A stretch of DNA of 64,000 nucleotides from contig JAPJBO010000372.1 of the NCBI GenBank assembly GCA_030068145.1, positions 141,284 to 205,283 of the forward strand, read 5' to 3'. Position 1 is the first letter of the stretch; every line of letters starts with the position of its first letter. This document shows, piece by piece, positions 1 through 14,720 of this stretch. Source of the stretch: Diplonema papillatum. Taxonomy: Eukaryota. The notes under the pieces were generated by a model. The model was not told the origin of the DNA and searched no databases. It worked only from the letters and a program-made list of their open reading frames with translations. Made by a program: the position numbers and the translations under genes.

Positions 1-3000
1 GCGTAGAAGAAATATGGCACCTCACAACATTTGTCTAATACCGCACGGTTTCGGTGCTACAGAGCACATGACTTGTTCACTGACTTGCAGGTCCCCAGAA
101 TCGATCCTTGGAACCCGAAGGATCGAACAGAAAAGCGGCGAAAGACGGGGGTTCAAGGCTTCGACATTTGGCACCCTTCACGAAAACTTGGATCTTCAAG
201 CCGCAGCGCTAGGCTGGGTGCATTCCAAGTTGGGACGAGCTGGGGGAAATTTGGGCCACTTCTGCAGTAGAATGTGTATGTCCCGGGAAACGAATGCTGT
301 TTGCAAAGGGGCGCCCCCAGAGCGATTCCTTGAAGGGCTCTTCTTTCTTGTTTAAAGTAGTGCAGTTGTACTGAAGGGCACATTTCCGGAACACCCAGCG
401 GTTGCACGTGGACGAGACAAAACGAAGTCAACGAAAAAATGCTAGTCCCAGAGAGTTTATACCCTGTACACGCGAAGAACAAGAAGCCTTTGTCTAATCA
501 CATCTTTCCATCACCCGCCCTTGGTCAGTTACTGCTGATCGTCCGTTACTTCGTTTATCACCAACTCTGGAAAATGTTCTTGCCCGCCGGGACGCCCTCG
601 CGCCCCGGGAAAAGAACGCTCGCTCTTCGACTGCACCAGTTTTCATGGCTCTTTGAAGCACATTGCCGGAACTGACCCACAGCTTCAGTAGTCTACTCCC
701 CCGTCCGGCCACAAGCGACAGTGTTGAGAACCCTTCCACCAAGAATAAACACACGCTTGCGTTTCCGAGCACCGAAACAAGAGTGGCTCCGTATCCTCTG
801 CCTTTTGTTGTTTAACTTCCAGCTGGAGCTCTCTCAAGAGCGAGCTAGTATGAATGAGAAGGAATGCAAAGAAAAGAGGAAGAAAGCCAACTTCAATAAC
901 TGGGGGGGGGGGTCGAATACGGGAGGTACCTTGCATAGAGAGGTACCTTGAATACAAGAAGCATTTTGGACATCTGGAAAAAGGTTGGATTTTTTCTTGG
1001 TCCGCATAACAGACCTTTTTCGACGGTTTTCTGATCGTGATGAGCTCCGATGAAGAGAACCGTGACAAATAGACCCGGGGACCACAAATTACGTGCGTCT
1101 TCCAAGAAGAAGGGGGTTCCCGCATGTTTCGAGTTTGCGGTACTGTTTTCTTTTTCTTTTTCGGGAAAATTGCACCCCCCGCCCCCGTAAGCAATGAAAC
1201 CGAATGGAGAAAGAAGAAGTTTGCACCGGGCAAGAATGCAACCGTCAAACGCGGCATGCAAATCTTAGTTAGCACGGTGATACAGCACGGTGATACAACT
1301 CCCGTCCGCTCTGCCTCGCTTAAAGGTGAACACGGAAAGTTAGTAACCACTTGACCTGCAGGTCCGTGGCTCTGCCAGTACCACCGTTTCGCAGGCTTCC
1401 CCTACATATGTGCTCGCAAGGGGTGTCGCCGATCACCTGCCAGATCCGTCCTAAAGTGGCCCCTGGCCGACCGACTTCGGTTGCTGCCCCTTAAATCAAC
1501 GAAGGAAAAATGAAGAAAGTTATCAACTTGGTACAAATTAAAATAACCAAGAGCCCGTTTTTTTTTGTGTCGAACCAACGTCGACCGTGCATGAAAACAG
1601 AAAAACGAAGTCCCTCCTTCACTTGGGTCGCTTGCGTTCGTGCATCCAGTTCACTCTCGTTCGTCGTACCTCGCGTCCGTTGTGCTGTGCTGGGTGCAGC
1701 CACGAGCTTTTGAAGCCGCGCCCGCGGAAGTTTACTCCTGAAAACGGGGGCACTGCGAAAAAGACGCTGTGTATTTTAACCAACCAGCCTGTCCGATATT
1801 CAACACCACTTCCATGCCCCAAGGCACCGACAGCACGGCAGCATGTCTTCAGCCACAGATCGGACAACATGCCGAAAAAGTCCGAAGCAACCACATCACT
1901 TTCTGATATCAGTGTCGCGTCGTAGTGATCTGCAACTACTGCATTCTGTCAGAAAGAGCATTGCCAACGACACACGTTTTCGCGAGAAACACGTTTGGGA
2001 AACCATGGCTCCAGGACCATTTCATGGTGCCTACATTGTCCTCTCAGGTTGAGGGTCAGGGATCTGTGTGTGATCCACAACGGAACCCACGGGCGCTTTA
2101 GAAAGGTTTTCTGGCAAACCTGCTTCCATTGAAAGGAATCCCATGAATTGTTTTGTATCTGAGCCGGTCCATTCCTGAGTGACAAGTTGGGTACAACATC
2201 AGGGTTCTCATGTCGGACCTGCCCCGCGTCGCTGATCCAGCACTGAACTCTGACATCCCTCATAGCACCAGAAGTGGCGTAATGCTCCAGAGGAAGGGCG
2301 GAAAGGTCAACAAGAACTGCACCCGGTCCATGTCCACATTGCATTTTTGATACTTGCACACAAACAGAACAAAGTGCCGTACGAATCTGCTTTGTACTTA
2401 CACCCGAACAAGAAGCGGAGGAAAAGCAAAGAGTCGATCAACTGGCACACACAAACAAAAAAAATGCGCCTGTCTCTTCGATGGAGACTAGGGGTTTGAG
2501 CTCTGCAACAGACAAGCCAGGACAATTCCAAAATAGCCGTACTGCTTGCGGCCTCGCGGCCGATATCCAATCCTGCCGCGCGATTGAGTCGCTGTGAAAC
2601 CTTTCTGATGCTGGTTTCAAAAAGATCCAAAGCTCAGAATTAATTCAATGCTTTTTGTCTTCTGACGCTTAGCTTTCGGCAGGCTCTTCTCGCTGACATC
2701 CAAAACTGGCATCCAAATCTTTAAAACTCGGGCCAGAGGATTTCTTCTTGACCCTCTTTTTTCTTCAAACCTGCAGTGCTCCTCTGAAATGCCGGATGAG
2801 GCCAAAGTGTCGGTAAAGGCGAGCCACGATGGAAATGTAGCAACCACGAAGAGGACCACCCTTTGATTAGGGAAAACGGAGGGACATTTCTGCGGTTACC
2901 CACTGGGCTTTTGCACAACTTTTATCACACTTCTATCGTGAAGAAGGGCAAACTTTCTTTAGCACTAACATTCGTGTGGGTTGCCAGGAATGCCCTAGTA

Positions 3001-5455
3001 CCAGTCGCGAAGACTTTGCTTAAATTTTACATTATAGCAATGTGGTCACTCCCACACCCCTAAGCAGTCTCCTGTCTGAGCATGAAACTGAGATTCCCCC
3101 CCCGGTCTGAGTGACTGGACCTCGCCTGGCCAACAAAGCAAACAGCCGTCTCGACCATACAAGCCTGCTCCAGCATGCGAGCTTCCCTCAAACAACTATC
3201 GCCGCGATTCTTGCTGAGCCCGCCCCCTTCTCCACATAACCGTTCACCACCCCGCATGGTTAGACAGAGGGGAAGCAGAAAAGAGGACGTGGCACACAGG
3301 AGAACGGTAGCAAAACGACAGACTGACGCATATAGTCGGAAACACAAAAAACCTGAGCACCACAAGCGATTAATAGGTCGAGCAAGACAATCCGTACTCT
3401 CATGGAGGAACACACAAGTTATTCTACCCATACCCAAAGAAGGAACAATCTAGAAAAATATTCCAGACCTCCACCTTCCTCGGAAACTCGCCACTCTGAC
3501 AAGCCTTTCTCCCCACGTTCTTCATTGTCACGCACCCTGAAAGATACGCGGTGGCCAGATAAAAGCATTGGGCACGGCGAACAAAACAAGGTAATAGTTA
3601 AGGAGTGAAGCGCTTGCTCTTGACTACATATACTGCAAGCAGGACCACTTGAAACTACCTTCCCAGGCAACTTGTTAACCCAGCAACAACGGCCAAAACT
3701 TGGAGTTCATTCTTCTTACTCGAACAACGTGTGGCCAACAAAGGCGGAAGGTCACCCGAGACTTTAAAATCCCGAAGTCTCAAGCGAACTTTCACTCTAA
3801 AACCCCCCAAGCCAGGACTACTGCTGGCGCGCGAACTGGACAATATAGAGAGAAGCAAACCTCTACGAAGTCAAAAATAGGCAGAAAGAGCAAAACGAAC
3901 CCAAACCAGTCCTGTATAAATGCAGCATTTTTCCCCCCCGAGTTGAAAGAAAAAATTAACGCTTAATATGGGTTCTGAAAGAACGAATAAAAGATAATAG
4001 CGGGGCTTTTCACTCTAAAAGACTGATCTTCGCCACCAATCTGGTACAGCTTTTGGCGCAAATAGTGGAGATTAGAAGGCCAGCTTTTGGGCTGTCCCTT
4101 CATCCTCTACTTCTGAGCCCGCCGCAACGCAACCCCTGCAACCTTTGGGGCTAGCCTGACACAAGCTGTCGTCAGGTTTAATTTGACACTTTGCCTCCCG
4201 GTCTAATAAAGATCAGGTAATAAATGTAGCCCCTCAAGAGCATGCCCGGACTCTGACCTAACTTTACAAAGGACTCCACCCAGCCTCGCAAGTCACTCGG
4301 AGACTTAAAACTACCGACTGCTGCACATAAGAAACAGTTTAGGTACGTGAGTGATGTCGAGACCACCCTTTGCGCGTTCAGAACGTTGCTCAAGCCGTTT
4401 GTGGAAGCACCCGTGGAACCTCGACAAGCCGGCGTTTGCGCAGATTGAAGCACAAGTCGGCGTGTTGGGCGCAGGATGACGTCCGAGTGACCGCTCCCTT
4501 GTACTTTAAAAAGTGGCATTTCAATCTGTACTTTGGAAAGTTCGTGTAGCGTTCTTGCGCAGGCAAGCGCCCGCGACCAAAGTCGGTAAACTGAAAAAGA
4601 AACTGACCTCTCCAGCATTTTTTGACTCTGCGCCCACATGGTGAAGTGATCCAAGGCATCAGGGATAAATTCCTTCGACGGGTCAGCCAGTATGGCATCC
4701 CCTCCCTTTTCTTCGAAGACTCGATGCTAGCATCAAACATGCAAGAGAGTGTCCTGCATAAGCATTGAACTAAGATTTTCGCCTCGGAAACCCAATGGAA
4801 CACACGTGAAAAGTGTTGTTTTTAGCCCCAATCAGTACGCCCATACCGGATCGTTGGAAACACAAGTCACCTGGCGGTCGTGCTTTTTATAGTGTACCTA
4901 CCCCGGTAATTGGGACAGTTTTGTCGCAACAATATTCCAATTGAGACACCTATTGCATTCGCTTTACTACCCGCCTTCGCGTTGTCAACAAAACGACGCA
5001 TTTCCTTCTGCGCAGCGTCCAGCATCCTCTTGCTATGGGCGTCGAGCCCACTCAGTCACCTGAAGTTTGATGGTTCAAGCTTCAGATGACCGGCGAGGCT
5101 GGCAAAATAGTCAGTTATGGCCGTACTTTGTAAAGGTCAGTTCAGCGAAGCTTCTGTGCCGCGTAGATCTGTGTGGGTTTGCGGTTGCCTGAAGGCCGGC
5201 ACACGGCAAGGGGTACTGTGTGAAAAGGTGACTTGGGTTCGCGTAGGTCTGAGCATGGGTGGGAAGCGCCCAGACCGGACGGGCCAGGTGACTTTTGAAA
5301 ATGTCGATTTCACCAGTTTCTGCTGGCAGTCGCCAGAGGGGAAAAATAGAAAGGAACCGGCAAAGTCTATTTCCTCCCCGTTTCAACGCCATCCTCCTTA
5401 CATTGAGTTCTACTTATAAAAGGGCGCGAAAGAGAGCGCACCCGTTTCTTTTTAC

Positions 5456-5497
5456 GTTCTTCTGCTTCTTCTTCTTCTTCTTCTTCGTCTTCTTCTG
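5456..5497. repeat. (TTC)n microsatellite just upstream of the CHO2-like gene start
   Basis: Direct read: ttcttctgcttcttcttcttcttcttcgtcttcttctgcg, about 150-250 bp 5' of the candidate ATGs at 5726 and 5807. Confidence 0.8.
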
Positions 5498-5725
5498 CGT
5501 TTGCTTTCCTTTCTCTTCGGAAAAGATCCGGCGGCAGAAACGGCCACGACAATCATTGTGTGGCTGATGAAATGCAGCGAACGTTTGGGAAAGTGCTTAT
5601 TGGATTCGCATCGGTCAGACAGGCGGCAATCTCTTCGAATGCATCGAGTGGTGTTTCCGGCGCCGATGGCTGTCAGTGCGTTTGAAAAGCCACAAATTAG
5701 CATCGAAAGCTGATCCCTGTGTTTT

Positions 5726-8576
5726 ATGGTTACATTTGAAAGCATTCAAGGGGTCTTGAACACGAAACAGTCTATAGGAGCGAGAACCGTCAACAAAAGC
5801 GAAAGGATGACAGACAAAGTGCCATCGTTGTCGATGGAGAACGTGGCGATGTCGGGCGGCCGAGGCAATGCAAAAGGACTTGCCTCCCACCAGCGTTTCC
5901 ACATGCCGGGGACCACTTCGTTCGCGGACGAACTGACGAGCACCAAATGCCTGCTGGGCCTGCCGACACAGGTGTACGTTCTGAGCTTCAGCTTGGTGGT
6001 CCTGACGTGGTTCTTCCGGAACATCATCCCGAGTTGGATGTTCGCCGTGCACTTCCTTGTGTGGAGGCTCGCGTACAACGTCGGTATCGGCTGGATGCTG
6101 TGGGTGCAGAGCCACAAGCTTCAGTTCAGCGAGTGGTTTCAAAAGATCTGCGCGGACCCTTCTCACCAATGGTGGCTGAAGAGGGTCGAGGACGGCACCC
6201 TGATCACCGTAGAAGGCAAGATCGTGGACTACAAGATGGCCGACTACCCCCACGAATTCAACGCCTGGATGGTCTTCCGCATCATCGTGAACATCATCCT
6301 TGCCAACGACCTCGTTTCGTACCTCGTCTTTGCCGCTGTGTACCTGGAGGTGCCGCAGTCCATTGACTTCGCAGACTTCCTATCATACAGTGTCGGCGTA
6401 GCTCTCATCGGGTTTGCCTTCTGGTCCAAGTCAGACGCACACCGGGTCCTGGGCAATTTCGCGTGGTACTGGGGCGACTTCTTCTTCCTCGTCGACGCCG
6501 ACCTGACCTTCGACGGCATCTTCCAGATGTTCCCGCACCCCATGTACACTGTGGGCTACTGCTTCATGTACGGGCTCAGTCTGATTTCGCAGAGTTACAC
6601 CGTGTTTTACATGTCCATTCTCGCGCACGTGGGGCAAATGGTGTTCCTCGCAGCTGTGGAGAACCCACACATCGAGAAGATCTACGGCCAGATGGGGACG
6701 CCGACGGCCGAAATGCGGGAGAAGGACGCGGTGTTGTTCAGGGACCAGTGGGGCTTCTTCTCCGGCAAGCGCGACATGATCCTGCTGTGGAACCTTTCGC
6801 CGTTCCACGCTGCCGACGTGTTCACGATGCTCATCCTTGTGTACTCGTCTGTGGTGGCCCTCTTGGTCAACAGGTGGGAGCTGCACCTTCTTCACCTCAT
6901 CATCTGGCGTGTTTTCCACACAGCGGGCTTAGGGTACATCCTCAACCGCCAGGCGAAAGACGGGTACTGGGTCAAGCACTTCTCCTCGCCTCAAAGCGCC
7001 TTCGACAGCTGGAAGAAGTATGCCTCCGTTCCACTTGCTACACACGATCCTCGGATCCTACGAGACTTCCGGCAAAGGTCCAAGTTATAATGAATGCATG
7101 TACCCTTTCTGCAGTGACGAAAGAACTGAGGCAAGACCTGCGAAACATAGGATCGTTACCCACAATCTTGCTCGTCGACTGGATTGAAGGCCGCATTATT
7201 TGAGTATACAGCCGACTGCTTTTCGACCTTCTTACTTACAATACTGAACCGCACAGGATCTACAATTTGTCGCTGACGATGAGCCACGCTCTGTTCCTGG
7301 TCTTCGCAGTGCATTGTTTCCGGTTCATGCCGGACAACACTATCATCATGCCGGGCGATTACCCGTTCTACTGCTTCAAGATTTGCTGCGGCATGGTGTG
7401 TTTTGCCTCATTCTACTTGGGCTGGTGATCAACCAAGTCAAGAAACTGTGAGTAGGGTAGGCAACTTTTTCTCACTCTATTCGCATCTCCCCCGAGAGGG
7501 GGGGCGACTGGACTATTAGCGCGAGGCCGGGTGGCCTTTCGTTGGAATGTTCTTTGTTTGTGCGCAACGCCTGTACATGATTGAAGTATCCGCCCGTGTT
7601 TTCGGGTTTCTAGTGTTTTTGTACAGGCAACTACTGAAGAGCGGGCTCTATATCACTCCGTTACCCGCTCTCAGCTTTGGACTTAAACACACCAACACAG
7701 CTCCTCATCGGGTTGAACTTGTACGTTTCCGACGCATGCCACAGCGTCCTGGGCGACTTCGGGTGGTTCTACGGCGATTTCTTCATTACCAGCGTCCCGA
7801 ACTCGCTGACCTACTCCGGCATTTACAGATACCTGAACAACCCTGGTATGCGTCAAAACAACCACTTTATGCTTTCCAGTGGTGCCTCCCTGCAAGCCAG
7901 CAGGCCGCTAGTCCGCAGACGAAACAGGCTCAAAATCAAAACTGCATTGAAAGGGACCGATCATTAACGAACTGAGCACCGGAAAGGGGGGTCGGGCAAA
8001 CACCAGACTGGGTTAAAAGGTTCGGATGGCCTGAGCAACACGCTTCCTCTAGACTCGCAAAGTGTGTCCTAACACCCATGTACTCCCTGGGGGATCGATT
8101 TCGACGCAGGGTGGTCTTCGGCAATTGCACTCGCGCGAGTCTCGGGACTCAAAAGCCCAGGTGGGTCGCTGACCGAGAGAAGCCACGGGTCCCAAACTCA
8201 ATGTGGAAACGCAAAACCGGCTGTTGAAAGGGACAAGGCGACACCTAGATCATACGCTACCTCTTTCACGCCACAGCCCGCGAACTAATCACACACCCAC
8301 ACACACTCAACAGAGGCGGTGATGGGATATGCTGGCTACTACGGCGTTGCTCTGATGTCCTCGTCGTACCGTGTTGGTATTGTTTCAGCCTGCTGCCATC
8401 TGTCAGCGATCCTGTTCTCCCATTTTGTGGAGGAGCCTTTCATGTGCCAGAAGTACGGTCCTTCCGTGCGCAAAGTCGGCGGCCTCGCAGAGGAGATTGT
8501 CAAGAAAACGGAACTCGCCAAGTCGACAATCGTCAAGACTCTCGTCTCGCCAACTTCGAGCAAGAAGACCGAGTAG
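5726..8576 (+). CDS. CHO2: Phosphatidylethanolamine N-methyltransferase, class I two-domain CHO2/PEM1 type; multi-exon gene model
   Basis: Exon 1 is ORF 5726-7090 (alternative in-frame ATG at 5807). It carries the motifs LVWRLAYNVGIGWML and HRVLGNFAWYWGDFFFLVDADLTFDGIFQMFPHPMYTVGYCFMYGLSLIS...ENPHIEKIYG, which match fungal Cho2 domain 1 residue by residue. A second PEMT domain is split over downstream exons: about 7677-7846 (LNLYVSDACHSVLGDFGWFYGDFFITS...GIYRYLNNP, donor gtatgcg at 7847) and the terminal exon about 8319-8576 (MMGYAGYYGVALM...HFVEEPFMCQKYG, stop at 8574-8576). Small intermediate exons around 7110-7430 (IYNLSLTMSHALFLVF...) are not precisely resolved. GT-AG introns are visible. 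Confidence 0.75.
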
Positions 8577-11500
8577 AATGTAGTGGTAACGCAGTGGTAC
8601 CTGCGCTAGCTCGCGGAACGGGGCTCGGGCAGGGTTAAACGGTTTGCAACGGAAAGCAAACCCCGTGGCACTTGCCCTCGAATGCCAACACTTCCAGGCG
8701 GCGCGCGCGCCGGTTGACAGGCTCAAGGGGGTCCCCGATGGATCTTCAGGTGCGACACGCGACCCGTGTCACGGTCCCAGCGAGGCCCGACTAGAAGGGG
8801 TACGCCTGGCCACTTGAGCTTGTCCGCTCCAATCGACGTCGGTTCCCATCCCAGGGGGCTTTCTGTCTCGCAAAAAGCTTCGCAGTCTGCACAGGGAAAA
8901 AAGTTCCCGGGGATGGGAGCCGATGGCGCACGGACTGGACAAGTGAGGACAAGCAAAGACAAGCAAAAAGACAAGATGCACAAACGACACAAAGAATGCT
9001 GTTCTGCACGTCGGGCGGTGTCGTGGCAACATGGGTGCGTTCCTGTCGCCGCTCGAGGTGCGGCGTCCGCGCATGTGACTTCCATCTAGACCGCATTTGT
9101 GTGAATATGAAGCTTGAAATGGGACACCTCCACCCACAAGCGAAAAATGCACCCCGGTCAAAGGGCGCTTCGCTGGCTCGTCTACTCATCCACCATCGCG
9201 GGAGGCAGTCGACCCGACCCCGTTGGGGCAATTTCAATTTTGCAGATTTACTAGTTTGCACGTCTTTCCGTCAGTAAGCGCCTGGAGGACCTCGTGCGGT
9301 TAGCGGCCCGCTGCACGAGAAAGGTCCCCTGGCCTTTTTTCACATGCATCCCATCCACAAGACACCCAAGAAGAAGGTGCGACCCCGAAGGGACGTATCT
9401 GCATCAAGACCGCCCACTATTTCTCGCAGTGGCAGCAGCAGACGTTTTCAACCCAATGCGAGCCTGGGCTTCAGCCGCGGGCTTTTCAGACGTCCTTCCG
9501 CCCGCTGCTGTTTCGACGAGAAAGACTCGCCCTGCTGTAAAAGATGCGTATAACGAAAGATCGTCGTCCGGCGACGCGTACATGTTGCAGGTGTCCGCTC
9601 GTCTGCGCGAGCAAATAAGTCGAACTTTGAGAGCGTGGGTCGAAGAAAAGCCCAGCATACTGGTTCCAGCCTGCTTAGCCCGGGTCTCTGGGTCGCGTCC
9701 TCTTGGTCGCCTGGTCTTGAATCTTGCTGGTTCGTCCGGGCTGGTTGCTTCGCGCTTTGCATCACCTCGAGCCGTGCAACTCCGCTTCGCTGACGGGACC
9801 CAAAACGATCAAAATATTGTGTTCCTAGCCGATTCGTGGTACTACTGGTGTATGTGGCCTCATTTTTGGCACGTTTCCAAGACACATTGCCAGACCCCCC
9901 GCACCCCTCCCCCAGGAATCACAGGAAGAGCTGAGGAAAAATATGCATTTTCCCTCTTGCCTGCATCTGATCCGGATAGATTAGGCCTGGTACCACGCGA
10001 AGACTTGACTTTTCGAAGAGGCGTAGCCTTGATACTGTTGTCGTACAGTGTCGAAGCAACGAATAATGTCTAAACGCGTCAATGCGTACCAACGAGAAAA
10101 TTGTCACACCCTCCCGCGCATTCGTTCGTTACGTGTCCTTCTTTTATTTCTTTTGCGAAGTACGGTTCAGCGACCTTCATACTCTTTCAATCCGGTCAAG
10201 GGGCCCTCTTCTAGCCTCCTGCGTACGCAAGCGACACCTTGCGTCGTGGAGTTGAAATGTTGTACGAGATAGTCAGGAAAGCCAGGAGCCGAAGGAATCA
10301 GATGATCCGTCTAAACGACCTTCAAAAAGGGGGTCAAGCTCGCTTCCCTGTTTTATCCGCTCCGCGAACATTCTCCCCACCCCCTTTTGCATAGCATAAA
10401 GCAGGACCGACCCCGTTCGTGAGAAAAAGTGAAGAATAGCGGTGTTTTACTACAGGTCTACATCAAGTCCTACAGAAGTCCTTTCCATATGGTTGTCATA
10501 ACCCGGTTGCCACCTACCCATTTGGTACCTAAAAAATCGCGACAACTCCAATTCTTCCAGAAGTGCAATTCCGATTCGGATAACACCAAATAAAAGCACT
10601 TCCATTTTCTAATCTGTTTTGTCAAGAGCTGCGACCCAGCTATTCTCAGCATCCCTGGGGGTTCCGGCAGAACAGCGATACCTCCCCTTTTTGCGAGTGT
10701 CCCGACACGGGAGCTTCACGTGATCGGCAGTACTACAGCGCCCAGGAGAAGCAACGGCAGGCAACCCAGGAAAGACAAGAAAGCCAAGCTGATAATAGGG
10801 AGTGACCAACCATCAGGAGAACGAAAGAAGAGACCGAAAAAGCAAAAAGGAAACGACGTACGAACTGTCCAACGAACGAACCAAGGCACCAATCAAACAC
10901 CTGCATCCTCCCCTTCTCTTCACCTCCACCCATCCCAGTGCCCCCCCCGGATTTCCTCACATCAAAGCTACGACCGATCAAACGCGTGGACTCCGTCTCT
11001 GTTCTTTTCTCGCTTTTCTTTCAAAATCAACATCCGTATTCTTCTTTTCTTTTGCTGTCAGGTCCGCTGGTTTTGCATCACTGCGCTACCTTTCCACACG
11101 TAACACGAGCACACCGGAGCGCTGACAGCGTCGTGTGAATTTGCTCATTGCATCAGGACCCGGACCTCTGAGTTCATAAATGTGTTAGAGACGCCCTTTC
11201 GAAGATTGCGGAAGTCCTAGCCCACGAGCAGGGTCGCGTTGCCTCTTCCCACGGAAGACTTTCACTCTAACATGTAAGCTCTCTTCGTATCAAAGCTTCG
11301 TCACACTCCATGTATGCACCCCGTTTCTTGCGGAATCACACGCGCCGTCCTGACTGGGACAGTTGCAGCGCGGAGCATGTCATTTTTCTTTTCTCACAGG
11401 GCGGCCGTTCACGTATTCCTGAGAGTGCGTTGTATAGCTGCCTCTTCCTCCGAGCCTTGGGATCTATATTTCACCCCCCGAGGTGCATCAAAGTCGCCCG

Positions 11501-14500
11501 GCTGGCAAAAGGCAACAAAGACACACACACAAGGACACGTACTGCAGATACAATACTACGATACCCTAAAGGAACCTTACGACACTGGTCAGCCGGAGGG
11601 ACTTTAAAACCCCGGACCTCTAAGTGAACTTACACTCTAAAAGCTACCTTCCCGCCTCGTTGTTTTCTGGCGCTCGGCTTTTGCACAGTGGCACTCGCGC
11701 AGAGGAGGTGACAAATTGCCCAAGAAGCTGTGTCTGCCGCGGAGATCGCAAGTTCCAAAAGAAAAAGTAGCAAATCAGAGGGTTTCGTTAGCTCGAGAAG
11801 TGCGGGTTTTGTGCGACTTCAGATTCGTACAACACTTCGTTCCGACCGTTCACGATGTGCGTTGGGCGTGCTTCAGTTCCGTAAGCACCGCTTTTTCCCG
11901 CGGCGCAACGAAGCCTTAGTCTCAGAGCGATGACCTCCTTTTTTGAAGTGCTGTGGGGCAAGATAAATCTGGAAAGTGCTTTCCCACCCAGCTGGAAGTT
12001 ACTAAAGAGAGGGGACCGCCAAGAAGTGCAGACCCAGACTTCGGGGTTCGTGCTTCTTAAAGCACCGAACGGCCAAGTTTAGCTGCGATCTTCTCTCATC
12101 GTACTTGTGCTCCCCAGATGAAGCAACCGTGGATACGATCAGGGACGAGGGGCGAGAAGGCCGCCACCGAGGCCACGAGTTCTGCCACCTCACCCCAGTC
12201 CACTACGGTCAACGAGTGCGAGTACAACTGAATGAACTGCTGCGCCGGAGTTGCGAGCTGCCAAGGTTTTTCTCGTCAGAAATCTTTGCCATTTTTTGTT
12301 TACTCTAACCCGAGTCCTCTAAATCTTGTTACCGTATCTGGAACATCCTGAACCGGAAAAACCCTGAACACGCCCAAAATCAGGCCAAAATGTTCAGGAT
12401 TCTTCCTGTTCAGGGGGGTTCTTTTTTTTGGCGACCTCACGGACTTAGTGAAAGAAAAGGGCTACGCCCGTGGTGAAGCACGGCATCACTTGTCTCCCAG
12501 AAATCCATGTTTCCCCTGTGGCGGCCGGGACCCAAACCGAGAGTTTACCTGGGGTCATGTGGTTCGGCCACAAATCGTTTTGTTGGCGTTCGTCCCTATG
12601 TAGCAGTCAGCCAGCGTATCTCTGTACGTCTCAGTGTGGCTATCCCGTACTCGAACTGCGGCCCTTCAGCATTCAGTGTCATCCGGGTGCCGAGCGCGAC
12701 AAAGGGAACATTCCCTCTTCGGGACGTGGCACGAACGGGATTTAAGACAAACGGAAACTCCCTGGACGCCCCCGAAGTGCTCAGAGGGTTTCCTGCTCGG
12801 TTTATTTCAGGGTCAGCATTCCAAATACGGTGGGTTGCCAGTGTATGGCAAGGGCTGTCGCTAGAACTTGCACACCGCTCTGTGCCTGGTGGTGGTGATT
12901 TGTGCCCCACTTCCGTTTGTGAGCGCGCGCCCAAACTCGCGGAGATGGGGAAGACGAAAGCGTTGTGACTACAGGCAGTAGTGAGCACGCGCGATGACAA
13001 CGTCTCGCTTCGTACTCAGCTGCCAAGGCGACGTCACGAAGAAACAGGGCCGACACATACTAGGTTACCAAAACTCTTCTTGCCTCGCTACCCAAAGTGC
13101 GTGCTTGCGCTTTTGCTCTCCTTCTGCTGCGTTCTTCATAGTTTCCTCCTCATCCCCGCCCATCACGCCGTTCGCTGCCGACTTCACAAGAGTGAAAAAA
13201 GGACAAAAAATACTGTCAAGAGGTACCATTCCGCACGCCTTTCTGCAATATAGTGAAGACACGAAACGTTCAGCCTCCGCGCTTGTCGAAGTAAAGCAGA
13301 GACTGGCACAAGAGGAATTTGTCTGTTTGAAGTGCCTCCAGGAGTGTGGTGCCGTGCACACCACACCTTCGGACAAAGCGCACACGACTACGACTGCAGC
13401 GGCAACAACTACGATTGCAAGGTGCAAGGTTCCAAACGGCATAGACTACTTAGACAGGCGCCTTCAAGCTGCCCGAATTGGATGCTTGTTGTGAATGCTC
13501 CTCCTATCTATGCACCCCCCAGAAGTATCTGCTTCGGATGCAACAAACCGTGCCTTTCGGCGGAGCAGAACCCATCTGCCTCTCGATACCCTCTGGAAGT
13601 TGCAAATTTGGGCAAAGTGCCGACCACGAACAATGTCACACGCATTCTTGAACGAGGTTCCGACAATGCCAGCTGATTTTCGCCGCATGGTTTTGCAGCT
13701 CGTATACATGGAATACAATGAGAAGGAGATCAATGCAGCGCTTCGCGGTTAAAGAATTCGCGGATGCAGTTGCAGAGAATTCTTCAGGAGCCTTCTGACA
13801 GCCGCCAAACCTCGGCCGTACAAGGAATACAACGCATTATCGCATCTTGGTGGTGGGATGCTAGTGAGCCTGATATCAGCCAGAAGCTCCTGGTCCTCTT
13901 CCTCTTGCATCTCTAGGCCTTCCAGGCTTATTACGACACGCAGAATCTCATCTTCCTGAGTAGTAGGAGCCCTGGATAAAGATCCTAAGCCCACAGGGTC
14001 TAGGCCCTCGTGGTGCCCCTAGTGGTATAGTACGGTGACACAGGGGAAAGCTGTGGCAGTCCATACACCCCCATCCCCGCCTCTAATGTGGCCAATCAAA
14101 GATGATTTTAATCCGGAGCATGCCTGAAAACTCTGTTCCAGGGGTGCTACCAAAAAACTGGCGACCCCCTCGATGGCAAAACATGCAAATGCGTTTTTCG
14201 CAAAACCTAATTTTGGAATTTAGCTCGCCAGATGTCGAACTTCGGAGCCCACCGAGAGTCGGAATGAAAAGACTGGATTCAAAACAGTTCAAAAACGCCC
14301 TCGGACCATGAAAATGACCCGGGGTTGACCTTCAGATGGTCGTTTCCATATTTGAAGTCGCCATGAGAATGACTGATGTAGGGTTTAGCTTTCATGGGAC
14401 GCCCACTGCAACCCCCCTGTCTATTCGTGTTCCCATCTGGGTCGTTCTCTACTCACCCTTCTCGCATTCGTGCCATATCTGACAGCTAGTGCAGCCCGCA

Positions 14501-14720
14501 ATTGGGTATTTCAGGTACCACGAGGGAGTATTCGGCGACAAAAGGGTGAAATTTTTGGCGACCCCAGGACGTGAAATTTGCTAAATAAAAGGGCCAAAAA
14601 ATCCTGTCTCCCCAAAGGTTACATACCAGTTACTGTCAATTACATGGCAGTTCCTGTCTAAAACAGGGGTTCAAACGCACGGCAACAGAAAACCCGGGTG
14701 GTGAAGGCGGGGTGCCGGGG

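Noticed and set aside
5615-6253. 212-aa minus-strand ORF
   Set aside because: Antisense to CHO2 exon 1. A GC-rich coding strand commonly yields open antisense frames, and no homology was recognised.
12300-12900. Possible structured ncRNA (hairpin cctgaaca...tgttcagg and other local inverted repeats)
   Set aside because: No match to any RNA family I can recognise (SRP, RNase P/MRP, U3 or other snRNAs); the hairpins alone are not sufficient evidence.
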